Source: Prochlorococcus sp. AG-679-M23
GTDB lineage: Bacteria > Cyanobacteriota > Cyanobacteriia > PCC-6307 > Cyanobiaceae
Length of the DNA stretch: 64,000 nucleotides
Direction: 5' to 3'
NCBI GenBank assembly: GCA_003208875.1
Contig: QCUR01000003.1
Location: forward strand, 141,766 to 205,765
Positions 11,583 through 21,567 of this stretch are shown here, one piece after another. The position numbers and the translations under genes were made by a program. The notes beneath the pieces are model-generated. The model ran no database searches. It was not told the DNA's origin and saw nothing but the letters and a program-made list of their open reading frames with translations. The first letter of the stretch is position 1. Every line of letters begins with the position of its first letter.

Positions 11583-12527
11583 ATGAACTCTATCGATAAA
11601 TCGCAAGAAAGAAACAAATCTAATTATTGGTATTGGAACGGATTTAAAATTTTTTGGAGTGTTAAAGGTGAAGATAATACACATCCAATGATTTTGCTTC
11701 ACGGGTTCGGCGCAAGTAGTAAACATTGGAGAAATAATTCTTACTACTTTGCTCAAAAAGGATATTCTGTTTACTCAATAGATTTAATTGGATTTGGCAA
11801 TTCAGCACAGCCAGGAATTAAAGACATAGGGAAATTAGATAATGGAGTTTGGTGTAATCAAGTCAGTGATTTTATTAAACAAGTAATCAGGCCAAAGACT
11901 TCTAAGAAGATAATTTTAATAGGAAATTCTTTAGGTTCTTTAGTAGCTTTAACATGCGCAGTCTATTTAAAGAATGAAATATTATCAGTTATCGCATCTC
12001 CTCTTCCAGATCCTCTAGTAATTAAAAAAAAGGAATCAGAACTTAATTCGATTTTTGAAAAATTTAGAATCAAACTTATAAAAATATTTTTCAGAATATT
12101 TCCTTTAGAAATAGTTCTATTTTTAATAAGTAAATTGGGAATAATAAAATTAGGACTTAATTCTGCATATTTCAAAAAAGATAAAGTAGATAAAGAATTA
12201 ATAAATATTGTTAGTAAACCAGTTTTAAGAAAGACTTCGGCAAGAGCACTAAGAGCTATGTGCATTGGTATGGCAACAAGGGGAGATAAGTTAAGGGCCT
12301 CTTACCTTTTGGAACAACTTAGTCTTTCAAAAAAAATTCCTTTTTTATTGTTGTGGGGAGAAAAGGATAATTTCATACCTTTATTTCTTGGCAAAAAGAT
12401 TGCAAAATTCCATAGATGGGTAGAATTGAAAATAATATCCAATTCAGGCCATTGTGTTCATGATGAAGATCCTTCATTATTTAATAAAATTTCTTATGAA
12501 TGGATTAGAGACTTAAAAACCTATTAA
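11583..12527 (+). CDS. Alpha/beta fold hydrolase
   Basis: LLHGFGAS, DLIGFG, GNSLG, GHCVHDE. Confidence 0.88.
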   Translation: MNSIDKSQERNKSNYWYWNGFKIFWSVKGEDNTHPMILLHGFGASSKHWRNNSYYFAQKGYSVYSIDLIGFGNSAQPGIKDIGKLDNGVWCNQVSDFIKQVIRPKTSKKIILIGNSLGSLVALTCAVYLKNEILSVIASPLPDPLVIKKKESELNSIFEKFRIKLIKIFFRIFPLEIVLFLISKLGIIKLGLNSAYFKKDKVDKELINIVSKPVLRKTSARALRAMCIGMATRGDKLRASYLLEQLSLSKKIPFLLLWGEKDNFIPLFLGKKIAKFHRWVELKIISNSGHCVHDEDPSLFNKISYEWIRDLKTY

Positions 12528-12530
12528 AAT

Positions 12531-13055
12531 ATGAAACATACATTATCAGTACTTGTTGAAGACGAATCAGGGGCATTAAGTAGAATCTCAGGTCTATTTG
12601 CTAGAAGAGGTTTTAATATCGATAGTCTCGCTGTTGGGCCTGCAGAAACTAAGGGGATTTCAAGATTAACGATGGTAGTAGAGGGTGATAATGAAACCCT
12701 TCAACAAATGACAAAACAACTTAATAAATTATTTAATGTTCTTGGAGTCGTTGATTTTACAAACCTTGCTGCAGTTGAAAGGGAATTAATGCTTCTCAAA
12801 GTATCGTCAAAAGAAGATACTAGAAGTAATATTTTAGATATCGTTCAAATATTTAGAGCAAAAGTAGTAGATGTGTCAGATATTGCTTTAACTCTTGAAG
12901 TGGTGGGAGATCCAGGAAAATTAGTTGCTTTGGAAAAGCTTCTTGAACCATATGGAATACTTGAAATTGCAAGAACAGGGAAAGTTGCTCTTAAGCGATC
13001 TTCTGGAGTAAATACTGAAATGTTAAAAATAAATAAATACTCTTTAGAGATTTAA
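12531..13055 (+). CDS. ilvN: Acetolactate synthase small subunit
   Basis: ACT domain [27 protein letters not shown]. Confidence 0.95.
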   Translation: MKHTLSVLVEDESGALSRISGLFARRGFNIDSLAVGPAETKGISRLTMVVEGDNETLQQMTKQLNKLFNVLGVVDFTNLAAVERELMLLKVSSKEDTRSNILDIVQIFRAKVVDVSDIALTLEVVGDPGKLVALEKLLEPYGILEIARTGKVALKRSSGVNTEMLKINKYSLEI

Positions 13056-13711
13056 TTAGAAATTATGATTTCATAAATCAAATCTTCTCTATCTATTTCC
13101 TTTAATATTTCTATCCCTTTAACAACTTTTCCAAAGATTGAATATCTTCCATCTAATTCGGGGAATTTATTAGTTACAAAGAAAAACTCTGTAGAAGAAG
13201 AATTCCTTTCTCCACTTTTAACCATAGCTAATGATCCCTTTTCAAAAAAGTTAGTCAAAGTTTCAATTCCTGCGGGATCTAAAATTTGGTAACCATATTT
13301 TGGTTCGATTTCTTTTTTTAATTTTATTTCCAAGGGAATATTTCTTCTAAGTTTGTTTAAGTTTTGATTTTCTTTTTTGTAATAATTGTTTTCTGGATAA
13401 ATACCTGAATGAATTACTTTAACTTGAGGAAAATTAATTATCTTATAAAACCTTTTATTTTTATAGATATTTTTATTTACATTTTGAATAAAATTGCTTA
13501 CTGTAACTGGTTTATTTTTTCCATATAATTGAACATCAATATTACCCTTTGAAGTCTTGAAAACTACTCTTTGGTTCTTTTTTAAACAGTTAAGATCGAG
13601 CTTTTTACAATAAAAATTAGAATCAAAAGTATTTTTATAACTGCAACCTGTAATTAATAATAAAAATATCTTAAAAAATATAAGTGGTTTTAATAAATAA
13701 AATCTTCTTAT
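13052..13711 (-). CDS. Cyclophilin-type peptidyl-prolyl isomerase, probable lipoprotein
   Basis: Track shows only the C-terminal 93 aa; the frame stays open upstream through [24 protein letters not shown] and a lipobox LLLITGC to an ATA at 13711; [11 protein letters not shown] motif. Confidence 0.8.
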   Translation of the reverse strand: MRRFYLLKPLIFFKIFLLLITGCSYKNTFDSNFYCKKLDLNCLKKNQRVVFKTSKGNIDVQLYGKNKPVTVSNFIQNVNKNIYKNKRFYKIINFPQVKVIHSGIYPENNYYKKENQNLNKLRRNIPLEIKLKKEIEPKYGYQILDPAGIETLTNFFEKGSLAMVKSGERNSSSTEFFFVTNKFPELDGRYSIFGKVVKGIEILKEIDREDLIYEIIISN

Positions 13712-14265
13712 TTTAAACCCTCCAAATTTACATTTAGAAATTTGGCTAATCTTGCTCCTTCCTCTTCAACTTGAAGCAACGGTTTAAGTTCTCCTGCGCC
13801 ACTCAAAGGAAGTGCTTTTTTTCTGCCTTTAAGAACTAATGCAATTCTTCTTCTTGGATTAAATCCTTCACTTATATCAAGTTTTACTGACTTAATTTCA
13901 TCGAAACTTAATTTAACTTCAATATCCTTAAATAATCCTTTTCTTTTAATTTCAATAGATTGAGAATCTTTATCAAAAAAGTTATAACCAGAACCGAAAT
14001 TTATAAAAACCAAATACCATAAATAAATATTAAGCAAATTCGCTATTACTCCATAAGCACCCATTATTATTCCCTGAGGGATAAAAAGTAAGGTTGAAGG
14101 ATTACCTAAAGGGAGCAAATCTCTACCTGTATAGCTTGAGATCGCAGCTAAGATAAAACCTATACCGCCAATAGATAACATTCCTCCAATAAGGTAGTTC
14201 GATATTTTTCTTGAACCATTGATTTTTTGTTCAATTTTGTTAAAGGAAGAGAGATTTGATTGCAT
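13708..14265 (-). CDS. ycf4: Photosystem I assembly protein Ycf4
   Basis: GSRKISNY, FIPQGIIMGAYG, GSGYN, ARLAKFLNV. Confidence 0.95.
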   Translation of the reverse strand: MQSNLSSFNKIEQKINGSRKISNYLIGGMLSIGGIGFILAAISSYTGRDLLPLGNPSTLLFIPQGIIMGAYGVIANLLNIYLWYLVFINFGSGYNFFDKDSQSIEIKRKGLFKDIEVKLSFDEIKSVKLDISEGFNPRRRIALVLKGRKKALPLSGAGELKPLLQVEEEGARLAKFLNVNLEGLK

Positions 14266-14449
14266 AATATTTTTATTCTAGATGTCTATTCCTACTAATA
14301 TAACTTTAAATATAGAGTATTAATACCTAATTTTTAGCATTAAAGTTAGGAAAGCTTTACAAGGCATTTCATATATACAGATATTTCCCCACTTTACTCT
14401 CAATCTTTGTTACAGTCTCATCGTATCCCGAAGCTAAAAACGATTTCTC

Positions 14450-15526
14450 ATGACGATCGCCGTTGGAAGCGCCCCACAGAGAGGATGGTTTGATGTCCTT
14501 GATGATTGGTTAAAGCGCGACAGGTTTGTATTTATTGGTTGGTCCGGTTTACTACTTCTACCTTGTGCATATCTTGCAATAGGTGGATGGTTTGTCGGAA
14601 CAACATTTGTTACCTCTTGGTACACACATGGTATTGCATCTTCATATCTTGAAGGAGCAAACTTTTTGACAGCAGCTGTAAGTACCCCTGGAGATGCCAT
14701 GGGTCACAGTCTTCTATTTTTATGGGGTCCAGAAGCCCAAGGTAGTTTCGTAAGATGGCTACAACTTGGTGGTCTTTGGAACTTTGTTGCATTACATGGA
14801 GTATTTGGCCTTATTGGTTTCATGCTTCGTCAATTTGAAATTGCTGGTCTTGTAGGTATCCGACCTTACAACGCACTTGCTTTTTCAGCTGTAATTGCAG
14901 TTTTTACAAGTATCTTCCTTATCTACCCACTAGGACAGCATAGTTGGTTCTTTGCACCATCATTTGGTGTTGCTGCAATCTTCCGTTATATCTTGTTCAT
15001 TCAAGGTTTTCACAATATTACCCTTAATCCTTTTCACATGATGGGTGTTGCTGGAATTCTTGGTGGTGCACTTCTTTGCGCTATCCACGGAGCTACAGTT
15101 CAAAACACATTATATGAAGATACAAGTGTTTACACAGACGGTAAAGTTCAAAGTTCAACCTTTAGAGCTTTCGATCCAACACAAGAAGAAGAAACTTATT
15201 CAATGATTACAGCGAATAGATTCTGGAGCCAAATTTTTGGTATTGCTTTCTCTAATAAGAGATTCCTTCACTTCTTGATGCTATTTGTACCTGTTATGGG
15301 TATGTGGACATCTTCAATTGGTATTGTTGGTTTAGCACTTAACTTAAGAGCTTACGATTTCGTTAGCCAAGAGATAAGAGCTGCAGAAGATCCAGAATTT
15401 GAAACATTCTACACAAAGAATATACTTCTGAACGAAGGTATGCGAGCATGGATGTCTTCTGTGGATCAACCACACGAAAACTTTGTATTCCCTGAGGAGG
15501 TTCTTCCGCGTGGAAACGCCCTTTAA
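14450..15526 (+). CDS. psbD: Photosystem II D2 protein
   Basis: Canonical D2 sequence ending [11 protein letters not shown]. Confidence 0.99.
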   Translation: MTIAVGSAPQRGWFDVLDDWLKRDRFVFIGWSGLLLLPCAYLAIGGWFVGTTFVTSWYTHGIASSYLEGANFLTAAVSTPGDAMGHSLLFLWGPEAQGSFVRWLQLGGLWNFVALHGVFGLIGFMLRQFEIAGLVGIRPYNALAFSAVIAVFTSIFLIYPLGQHSWFFAPSFGVAAIFRYILFIQGFHNITLNPFHMMGVAGILGGALLCAIHGATVQNTLYEDTSVYTDGKVQSSTFRAFDPTQEEETYSMITANRFWSQIFGIAFSNKRFLHFLMLFVPVMGMWTSSIGIVGLALNLRAYDFVSQEIRAAEDPEFETFYTKNILLNEGMRAWMSSVDQPHENFVFPEEVLPRGNAL

Positions 15527-16892
15527 TAATTTACTAAGAGCTCCTAACCAGAGTATTGAAGAAACTGGTTACGCTTGGTACGTAGGTAACGCCAGATTAA
15601 TTAATTTATCTGGACGTTTACTTGGAGCACACATTGCACACTCTGGCCTAATAGTATTTTGGGCTGGAGCAATGATGTTATTCGAAGTAAGCCATTTCAC
15701 ATTTGATAAACCAATGTGGGAACAAGGCTTGATTTGCATGCCTCACGTTGCAATGTTTGGGTTTGGAATTGGCCCTGGTGGTGAAGTTACTTCTGTATAT
15801 CCCTTCTTTGTTGCAGGTGTTATACATTTAATTTCCTCAGCAGTTTTAGGTTTTGGAGGAATTTATCACTCTTTAGCTGGCCCAGAAAAGCTCGAGCAAG
15901 ATTTTCCTTTCTTTTCAACTGACTGGAGAGATAAAAACCAAATGACTAATATATTGGGTTATCACCTAGTAGTTTTAGGGGTTGGTGCTTTATTTTTCGT
16001 AGCCGATTGGATGTTTATCGGTGGTGCTTATGACACATGGGCTCCCGGTGGAGGAGAAGTTAGATTGGTTAGTCCAACTTTAGATCCAAGAGTAATACTT
16101 GGTTATCTATTTAGGTCTCCATGGGGAGGTGCTGGTTCAATTATCGGTGTTAACTCAATTGAAGACATTGTTGGAGGCCATGTATACGTTGGTATAACTG
16201 CAATTATTGGTGGTTTATTCCATATCTTCACAAAACCCTTTGGATGGGCTAGAAGAGCATTCATTTGGAATGGAGAAGGACTTCTAAGTTATGCACTTGG
16301 TGGAATCTGTGTTGCAAGTTTTATTGCATCAACTTTCATCTGGTTTAACAATACTGCTTACCCTTCAGAATTCTATGGCCCAACAAACGCTGAAGCTTCA
16401 CAGGCCCAAAGCTTTACTTTCCTTGTGAGAGATCAAAGAATAGGAGCTAATGTAGGTTCAACAATGGGACCAACAGGATTAGGTAAGTATCTCATGAGAT
16501 CTCCTACAGGTGAAATTATATTTGGTGGTGAAACAATGAGATTTTGGGATTTCAGAGGACCATGGTTAGAACCTTTAAGAGGACCTAACGGATTGAGCCT
16601 TGAGAAAATTCAAAATGATATTCAGCCTTGGCAAGTTAGAAGAGCAGCTGAATATATGACTCATGCACCTAATGCTTCTATCAACTCCGTTGGTGGTATC
16701 ATTACTGAGCCTAATGCTGTTAACTTTGTTAACTTAAGACAATGGTTAGCTGCAGCTCAATTCTTCCTAGGATGGTTTACATTCATCGGTCACCTTTGGC
16801 ATGCAGGTCGTGCTAGAGCAGCCGCTGCCGGTTTCGAAAAAGGAATTGACAGAAAGAGTGAGCCAGCTCTAGAAATGCCAGATATTGATTAA
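15510..16892 (+). CDS. psbC: Photosystem II CP43 protein
   Basis: GTG start at 15510 after GAGGAGG, overlapping psb[28 protein letters not shown]. Confidence 0.98.
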   Translation: METPFNNLLRAPNQSIEETGYAWYVGNARLINLSGRLLGAHIAHSGLIVFWAGAMMLFEVSHFTFDKPMWEQGLICMPHVAMFGFGIGPGGEVTSVYPFFVAGVIHLISSAVLGFGGIYHSLAGPEKLEQDFPFFSTDWRDKNQMTNILGYHLVVLGVGALFFVADWMFIGGAYDTWAPGGGEVRLVSPTLDPRVILGYLFRSPWGGAGSIIGVNSIEDIVGGHVYVGITAIIGGLFHIFTKPFGWARRAFIWNGEGLLSYALGGICVASFIASTFIWFNNTAYPSEFYGPTNAEASQAQSFTFLVRDQRIGANVGSTMGPTGLGKYLMRSPTGEIIFGGETMRFWDFRGPWLEPLRGPNGLSLEKIQNDIQPWQVRRAAEYMTHAPNASINSVGGIITEPNAVNFVNLRQWLAAAQFFLGWFTFIGHLWHAGRARAAAAGFEKGIDRKSEPALEMPDID

Positions 16893-16907
16893 CTCTAATC
16901 AATTTTC

Positions 16908-16936
16908 AAAAGACCCTTTTTAAGGGTCTTTTTTTT
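16908..16936. terminator. Bidirectional intrinsic terminator between psbC and maf
   Basis: AAAAGACCCT-TTTT-AAGGGTCTTTTTTTT hairpin. Confidence 0.85.
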
Positions 16937-17561
16937 ATGGGAAAATTCCTTCCTTAATAAGACTCTTTCTAAGCCATGGCAAACTTAAACCCATTACATT
17001 ACTAAAACAACCATCTATCCTTTCGATATATTTACCTCCCTTGCCCTCTAAAGCAAATCCTCCAGCACAATATAAAGGTTCAAGAGAGTCAACATAATTT
17101 TTTATCTCTTCATCTTGCAATTTAGAAAAATATACTTTAGAACTTACTGTTTTTTTAATTTTCTTTGTCACTTTTAGTATTTTTGAACTTGAGTCAAAAG
17201 TACTAAAAAGTAATGTATGTCCCGTATGGAGAAAACCAAATTCTCCAGACATTTGTGACCATCTTCTATATGCCTCTTCTTTATCTGATGGTTTTCCGAA
17301 AGGTCTTCCATTAAATTCGAATATTGAATCACAACCAAGAATTTCTACAGAACTATAATTAAACTTTTCTGGTAAGTCTATTTCTTGGATATTAAGAGCA
17401 ATCCTACTAGCTTTTTGAAAAGACAATTCGAGAGTTAAATTAGATATATCTTTCTCTTTTACTAAATCTTCATCAAAATTACTTGATATTTGAATAAATT
17501 CGATTTGAGAATTTTCTAGTAATTTCTTTCTAGATTGAGAAGCAGAAGCTAGAATTAACAC
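16935..17561 (-). CDS. maf: Maf family nucleoside triphosphate pyrophosphatase
   Basis: [30 protein letters not shown]. Confidence 0.92.
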   Translation of the reverse strand: MLILASASQSRKKLLENSQIEFIQISSNFDEDLVKEKDISNLTLELSFQKASRIALNIQEIDLPEKFNYSSVEILGCDSIFEFNGRPFGKPSDKEEAYRRWSQMSGEFGFLHTGHTLLFSTFDSSSKILKVTKKIKKTVSSKVYFSKLQDEEIKNYVDSLEPLYCAGGFALEGKGGKYIERIDGCFSNVMGLSLPWLRKSLIKEGIFP

Positions 17562-17628
17562 AAATTTTTTTATCTAATTATAATTCAATTTACTTATTAA
17601 TAAATTTCAAGATTAATATAAATTACTA

Positions 17629-19158
17629 ATGGAATTAATAGAAAAACTACAACCTATTAAAAAGCCCTTAATGGTTTTAGGTACATCTAGCGGGGCAGGT
17701 AAATCTTTAACAGTTACGGCCATAGGCAGGATTCTTAAAAATTCAGGAGAAAAACCAATACCTTTTAAAGGCCAAAATATGAGTAACAATGCATGGGTTG
17801 ATTGGAATGGCGGAGAGATGGCATTTTCTCAAGCTTTACAAGCATTTGCTTGCGGGATAATTCCTTCTTCGGAGATGAATCCTATCCTATTAAAACCACA
17901 AGGGAATTCAACTAGTGAAGTCATTCATTTAGGAAGAAGTATGGGTATCACAACAGCAAAAGATTACTACAAAGATTGGTTTTCCTCTGGATGGGAAGTA
18001 ATTAAAGAAAGTTTGAATTCAATATATGAACGACACCCAAATTGTCGTTTAATTATTGAGGGGGCAGGAAGTCCTGTAGAGATGAATTTAATTCACAGAG
18101 ACCTTACGAACTTAAGAGTTGCAAAGTATTTAAATGCGAATTGCATTTTAGTAACTGATATCGAAAGAGGAGGCGTATTTGCTCAAATAATAGGAACTCT
18201 TGAGTTAATGAAACCGGAAGAAAGAAAACTCATTAAAGGTATATTAATAAACAGATTTAGAGGGGACCTTTCATTATTTGAAGAAGGTAAAAAATGGATA
18301 GAAAACAAAACAAAAATCCCTGTTTTAGGAATAATTCCTTGGTTAAATGATAAATTTCCTCCAGAGGATTCTTTAGATTTATTAGAAAAAAAATCATCTG
18401 TAACCAACCCTGAAATAAAGGTTGGAATTATCAAATTGCCATCTATAAGTAACTTTTCAGATTTTGATCCATTAGAAAATGAAGAATCAATATTAATCAA
18501 ATGGGTAATGGAATCTCAAAATTTAAATCAATTTGATTTTCTTATTATTCCTGGAAGTAAACAGACTATTCAAGATCAACAATTTCTTAGAGATTCTGGT
18601 CTATCAAAAGATATAAAAAATTATTCAAAGAATAAAGGTAATATTTTTGGAATTTGCGGAGGTTTACAAATGTTAGGAACAATTCTTGAAGACCCATTTT
18701 TTAAAGAAGGATCAAAAATCAATTTAGAGAAATCAATTAATGGAATTGGATTACTCCCTTTAAAAACAACTTTCCTTCAAAAAAAGATAACAAGGCAAAT
18801 AAATTCTGAGTCAATTTGGCCGCAAGTTACAGAAATCAACGGGTTTGAGATACATAACGGGGTAACTGAATTAGATAATAGTCAAGATACTTTTAAAATA
18901 AAACCTATTTTTAAGGATTTAGATCTTGGTTGGTATAAAGAAAATATTCAAGGAGGGACTATTGCAGGTACATATATTCATGGAATCTTTGAAAATGATT
19001 ACTGGCGAGATCACTATTTAAATTTAATTAGAAAAGGGAAAAACTTACCTTTATTAGACAAGAGAACAAGATCTTATAAAATGAAACGGGAAAACATTAT
19101 TGATAATCTCGCAAATGAATTTAAAAAAAATTTTAATATTTCATCATTGTTAAATTGA
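17629..19158 (+). CDS. cobQ: Cobyric acid synthase
   Basis: GTSSGAGKS, PFKGQNMSNN, MNPILLKP, GICGGLQMLG, GTYIHGIF. Confidence 0.96.
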   Translation: MELIEKLQPIKKPLMVLGTSSGAGKSLTVTAIGRILKNSGEKPIPFKGQNMSNNAWVDWNGGEMAFSQALQAFACGIIPSSEMNPILLKPQGNSTSEVIHLGRSMGITTAKDYYKDWFSSGWEVIKESLNSIYERHPNCRLIIEGAGSPVEMNLIHRDLTNLRVAKYLNANCILVTDIERGGVFAQIIGTLELMKPEERKLIKGILINRFRGDLSLFEEGKKWIENKTKIPVLGIIPWLNDKFPPEDSLDLLEKKSSVTNPEIKVGIIKLPSISNFSDFDPLENEESILIKWVMESQNLNQFDFLIIPGSKQTIQDQQFLRDSGLSKDIKNYSKNKGNIFGICGGLQMLGTILEDPFFKEGSKINLEKSINGIGLLPLKTTFLQKKITRQINSESIWPQVTEINGFEIHNGVTELDNSQDTFKIKPIFKDLDLGWYKENIQGGTIAGTYIHGIFENDYWRDHYLNLIRKGKNLPLLDKRTRSYKMKRENIIDNLANEFKKNFNISSLLN

Positions 19159-19406
19159 AACAATCAAAAATTAAAATTATATGGCCAAATAACATCGAGA
19201 CATATGCCTCAGAAGGAGACGATTGGTTTTCAATTGCTGAAAAGGTAGGTTTTGAAATTCCAACTGGATGTTTAACGGGGAGTTGTGGAGCTTGTGAAAT
19301 AGATGTTAATGGCGAAACGGTGAGAGCTTGTATAAGCAATATTCAAAGTAAAAAAGATTGTTCATTAAGCGTTTCTTTTACTACTGACCCTTTCTGGGAA
19401 AATTAA
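19155..19406 (+). CDS. 2Fe-2S ferredoxin-like protein
   Basis: GCLTGSCGAC...RAC. Confidence 0.88.
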   Translation: MKQSKIKIIWPNNIETYASEGDDWFSIAEKVGFEIPTGCLTGSCGACEIDVNGETVRACISNIQSKKDCSLSVSFTTDPFWEN

Positions 19407-19442
19407 ATTATTTAATTATTGAATTATTTTTATTAAGTACAA

Positions 19443-19456
19443 AAACGGAGAGGGTG
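19443..19456 (-). repeat. att copy 1 (tRNA-Ser 3' end)
   Basis: AAACGGAGAGGGTG identical to 30863-30876. Confidence 0.92.
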
Positions 19457-19522
19457 AATTACATCACACACCATATAGGTAGATATTGGAATACATGGGA
19501 CTCATTTTTGAGTAGTAAAGGC

Positions 19523-19543
19523 ATATCCACCAACATATCCAAG
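19523..19543 (+). repeat. Arm-type-like repeats, left end of cassette A
   Basis: ATATCCACCAAC followed by partial ATATCCAAG; same motif as the cassette C ends. Confidence 0.75.
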
Positions 19544-19607
19544 AAAACATTATTGGTATGAATAAGAATACTTTGGACGATAATGGAAAAAAAAATATTG
19601 AGTTTGC

Positions 19608-19702
19608 AAAAAAAAACCCCTATTTCTAGAGGTTTTTTTCTGGTTTTACTGAATCAAGTGTTTCCTTGTTTCCACTGTTTCAGTGAAACCTCTCCTACAC
19701 AC
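19608..19702 (-). ncRNA. yfr2: Yfr2-family (Cyano-1) small RNA
   Basis: Minus strand reads GTGTGTAGGAGA, then stem GGTTTCACTGAA/TTCAGTAAAACC enclosing tandem GGAAACA-A-GGAAACA; TAATAT -10 upstream; hairpin plus poly-U downstream; ends approximate. Confidence 0.82.
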
Positions 19703-19803
19703 ATACATATATTAGATCATAAAAATTTTTTTCGTGAAGGGGGTGAGTAATATTACTTAATTGTCACATTTACCAGTTTCGGCCTTTAATACTTAATTGC
19801 ATT

Positions 19804-19871
19804 AAAAAACACCCTAATTCTCAAGAATCAGAGCGTTAATATCAGAAATTAGTGTGTGAGGAGTTTCTAAT
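19804..19871 (-). ncRNA. Yfr1/Yfr10-like small RNA
   Basis: Yfr1 signature ACTCCTCACAC (19854-19864, minus) followed by terminator AACGCTCTGATTC-TTGA-GAATTAGGGTGTT-TTTT; ends approximate. Confidence 0.75.
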
Positions 19872-19917
19872 GTTATTAATCTAATAGAAAAGATCTCAAT
19901 TCTGTGTAGTGTTAACA

Positions 19918-20136
19918 CTATTTCTTTTCCCAAAATAGATAAAGATTTGAAAACTGATTTTTAGTATCTACTACTGCAGTGCTTGTTGAGATTAACTTCC
20001 AACCGGCAGAATTACGTTTTCTCATAATTGCTGCAATCTCATTTTCTTGTCTTTGAGTATTTGCATTGCCTACTGCGTAATAGATATCAAGATCATTTTC
20101 TACATATGACATATTTAAATGTGCTGGTTTATTCAA
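19918..20136 (-). CDS. Small hypothetical protein, DUF4177-like
   Basis: AIMRKRNSAGWKLIST resembles the DUF4177 'GWELV' motif. Confidence 0.55.
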   Translation of the reverse strand: MNKPAHLNMSYVENDLDIYYAVGNANTQRQENEIAAIMRKRNSAGWKLISTSTAVVDTKNQFSNLYLFWEKK

Positions 20137-20205
20137 AGTTAATAATACTCAATCTTTCATCGATACTGAAATGGATTCGATAGGGTTATTAGAAATAAGT
20201 ATTGT

Positions 20206-20310
20206 ATGGTTTTACCTTCACCTCAAATTGCAATTGGATTATTGCTTATAAGTATTGGAATCGTAGTCACCTTTGATATCAAAATTGATTTATTTAAAGG
20301 TAAAGAGTAA
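20206..20310 (+). CDS. Putative 34-aa single-TM micro-protein
   Basis: MVLPSPQIAIGLLLISIGIVVTFDIKIDLFKGKE; not in track. Confidence 0.4.
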   Translation: MVLPSPQIAIGLLLISIGIVVTFDIKIDLFKGKE

Positions 20311-20367
20311 AAGACAAAAGTTGGATATCTGGCAAAATGATTATATTAATTTGTTCAAAGAATAATC

Positions 20368-20499
20368 TTGTCAATTAAAGAACGCAATTACGATAATGAT
20401 GGAACAGATCCATCAGAAGAATATTTTAGAAAGAAGAAAAAAGATAATGATGATGATACCTACTTCCCCTTAGAAGAATCAGAACCACCACATTATTAA
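20368..20499 (+). CDS. Putative 43-aa acidic micro-protein
   Basis: TTG start; MSIKERNYDNDGTDPSEEYFRKKKKDNDDDTYFPLEESEPPHY; degenerate second copy at about 20941-21005. Confidence 0.4.
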   Translation: MSIKERNYDNDGTDPSEEYFRKKKKDNDDDTYFPLEESEPPHY

Positions 20500-20558
20500 G
20501 AACAGTAGAAAATTTATTGACAGATTCTTTAAAATTAAAAAAATAAAAAAATTTAAAT

Positions 20559-20963
20559 ATGACTGAACAAAGGAAAATAGAGAAATTTGGAGTCGGGAAT
20601 TTGTATCCTGATATTCATCCACCAGAATTTTCATTCTTTAAAAAAAAATGTATAGATGTAGCAATTGGATATGATGATGGTTTTACTTTCACTCCTAAAT
20701 TTGGGAATTTTAAAGAAACTGAAGATATTTTTGATTACCTAAAACAATATCTTGAAGATAAAGAATTAGAAAAATTAGATATTCGTTTTGATACCTTAAA
20801 AACTTGTATATACCAAATAAATCCTGAGACATTAGAACTTGGAGAATTATTGGAATGTGAAGGAAGTGATGTTAAATATTTTGAATGGAATAAACAAACT
20901 AAAAGTTTTGAAGAGGTTGAATCAAATTCACTAAGTGATGAAGAAGAAGAATATTTTCACTAA
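20559..20963 (+). CDS. Hypothetical acidic protein (cassette A)
   Basis: 134-aa ATG ORF. Confidence 0.7.
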   Translation: MTEQRKIEKFGVGNLYPDIHPPEFSFFKKKCIDVAIGYDDGFTFTPKFGNFKETEDIFDYLKQYLEDKELEKLDIRFDTLKTCIYQINPETLELGELLECEGSDVKYFEWNKQTKSFEEVESNSLSDEEEEYFH

Positions 20964-21021
20964 GTAATGATAATTCATATTTCCCTTCAGAAGAAACAGA
21001 GCAAGTTGAGACATTAATAAA

Positions 21022-21224
21022 ATGAATAAAGAGCATAATTATGAAGAAGGATTATTTAATTACGTTGTTTTGAAGGAAGAAAAGGAAGTGATCTTTTATT
21101 TACATAATCCCTATCCAGATTGCTTAAAAATTCCAGATATAATGAAACAAAGGTTTCCTAGTGATTCAAGAGCATAGTTGTAAATTCTTTGGATGATTTC
21201 AAAAAGTATGGAGCAAAAAGTTGA
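21022..21224 (+). pseudogene. Probable frameshifted small hypothetical gene
   Basis: ORF stops at 21177; a shifted frame near 21165 continues KSIVVNSLDDFKKYGAKS to a TGA overlapping the next TTG start. Confidence 0.5.
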
Positions 21225-21403
21225 GCACTAAATGGGATGACACTTCATGGCAGAAAGAGTTCTTGAATATGAAGGCACATTCGCCTTCAGATGCCAAACT
21301 CTTAATGGGAGGTGTAAAAGGATTGAAAGGTGCTTGGCGTTTAGGTGTTCTGCACGTTGAATACGAAAGACTGAAGAAAGCACAAGAGCAGCAACAACAA
21401 TGA
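21221..21403 (+). CDS. Small hypothetical protein (WxKE..LLxxGxK..G family)
   Basis: 60-aa ORF, coupled to the next ORF by ATGA overlap. Confidence 0.65.
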   Translation: MSTKWDDTSWQKEFLNMKAHSPSDAKLLMGGVKGLKGAWRLGVLHVEYERLKKAQEQQQQ

Positions 21404-21567
21404 AAGAAGAAACAAATTGGAAAAAAGAATTACTAGAAAGTAAGAAGTTCAATAATAAATTTTCAAAAAATATATTAGAAAATGGTGCAAAGAATTATAT
21501 GCAAGAAATCTATATAGGATATATGTATACCCGATGGAGAAAAATTAGAGAGAAATCTATACTATAA
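21400..21567 (+). CDS. Small hypothetical protein, probable paralog of the preceding gene
   Basis: Not in track; MKEETNWKKELLESKKFNNKFSKNILENGAKNYMQEIYIGYMYTRWRKIREKSIL. Confidence 0.6.
   Translation: MKEETNWKKELLESKKFNNKFSKNILENGAKNYMQEIYIGYMYTRWRKIREKSIL

Noticed and set aside
15483..15509. Track start of psbC
   Set aside because: GTG at 15510 with a GAGGAGG Shine-Dalgarno is the conserved start
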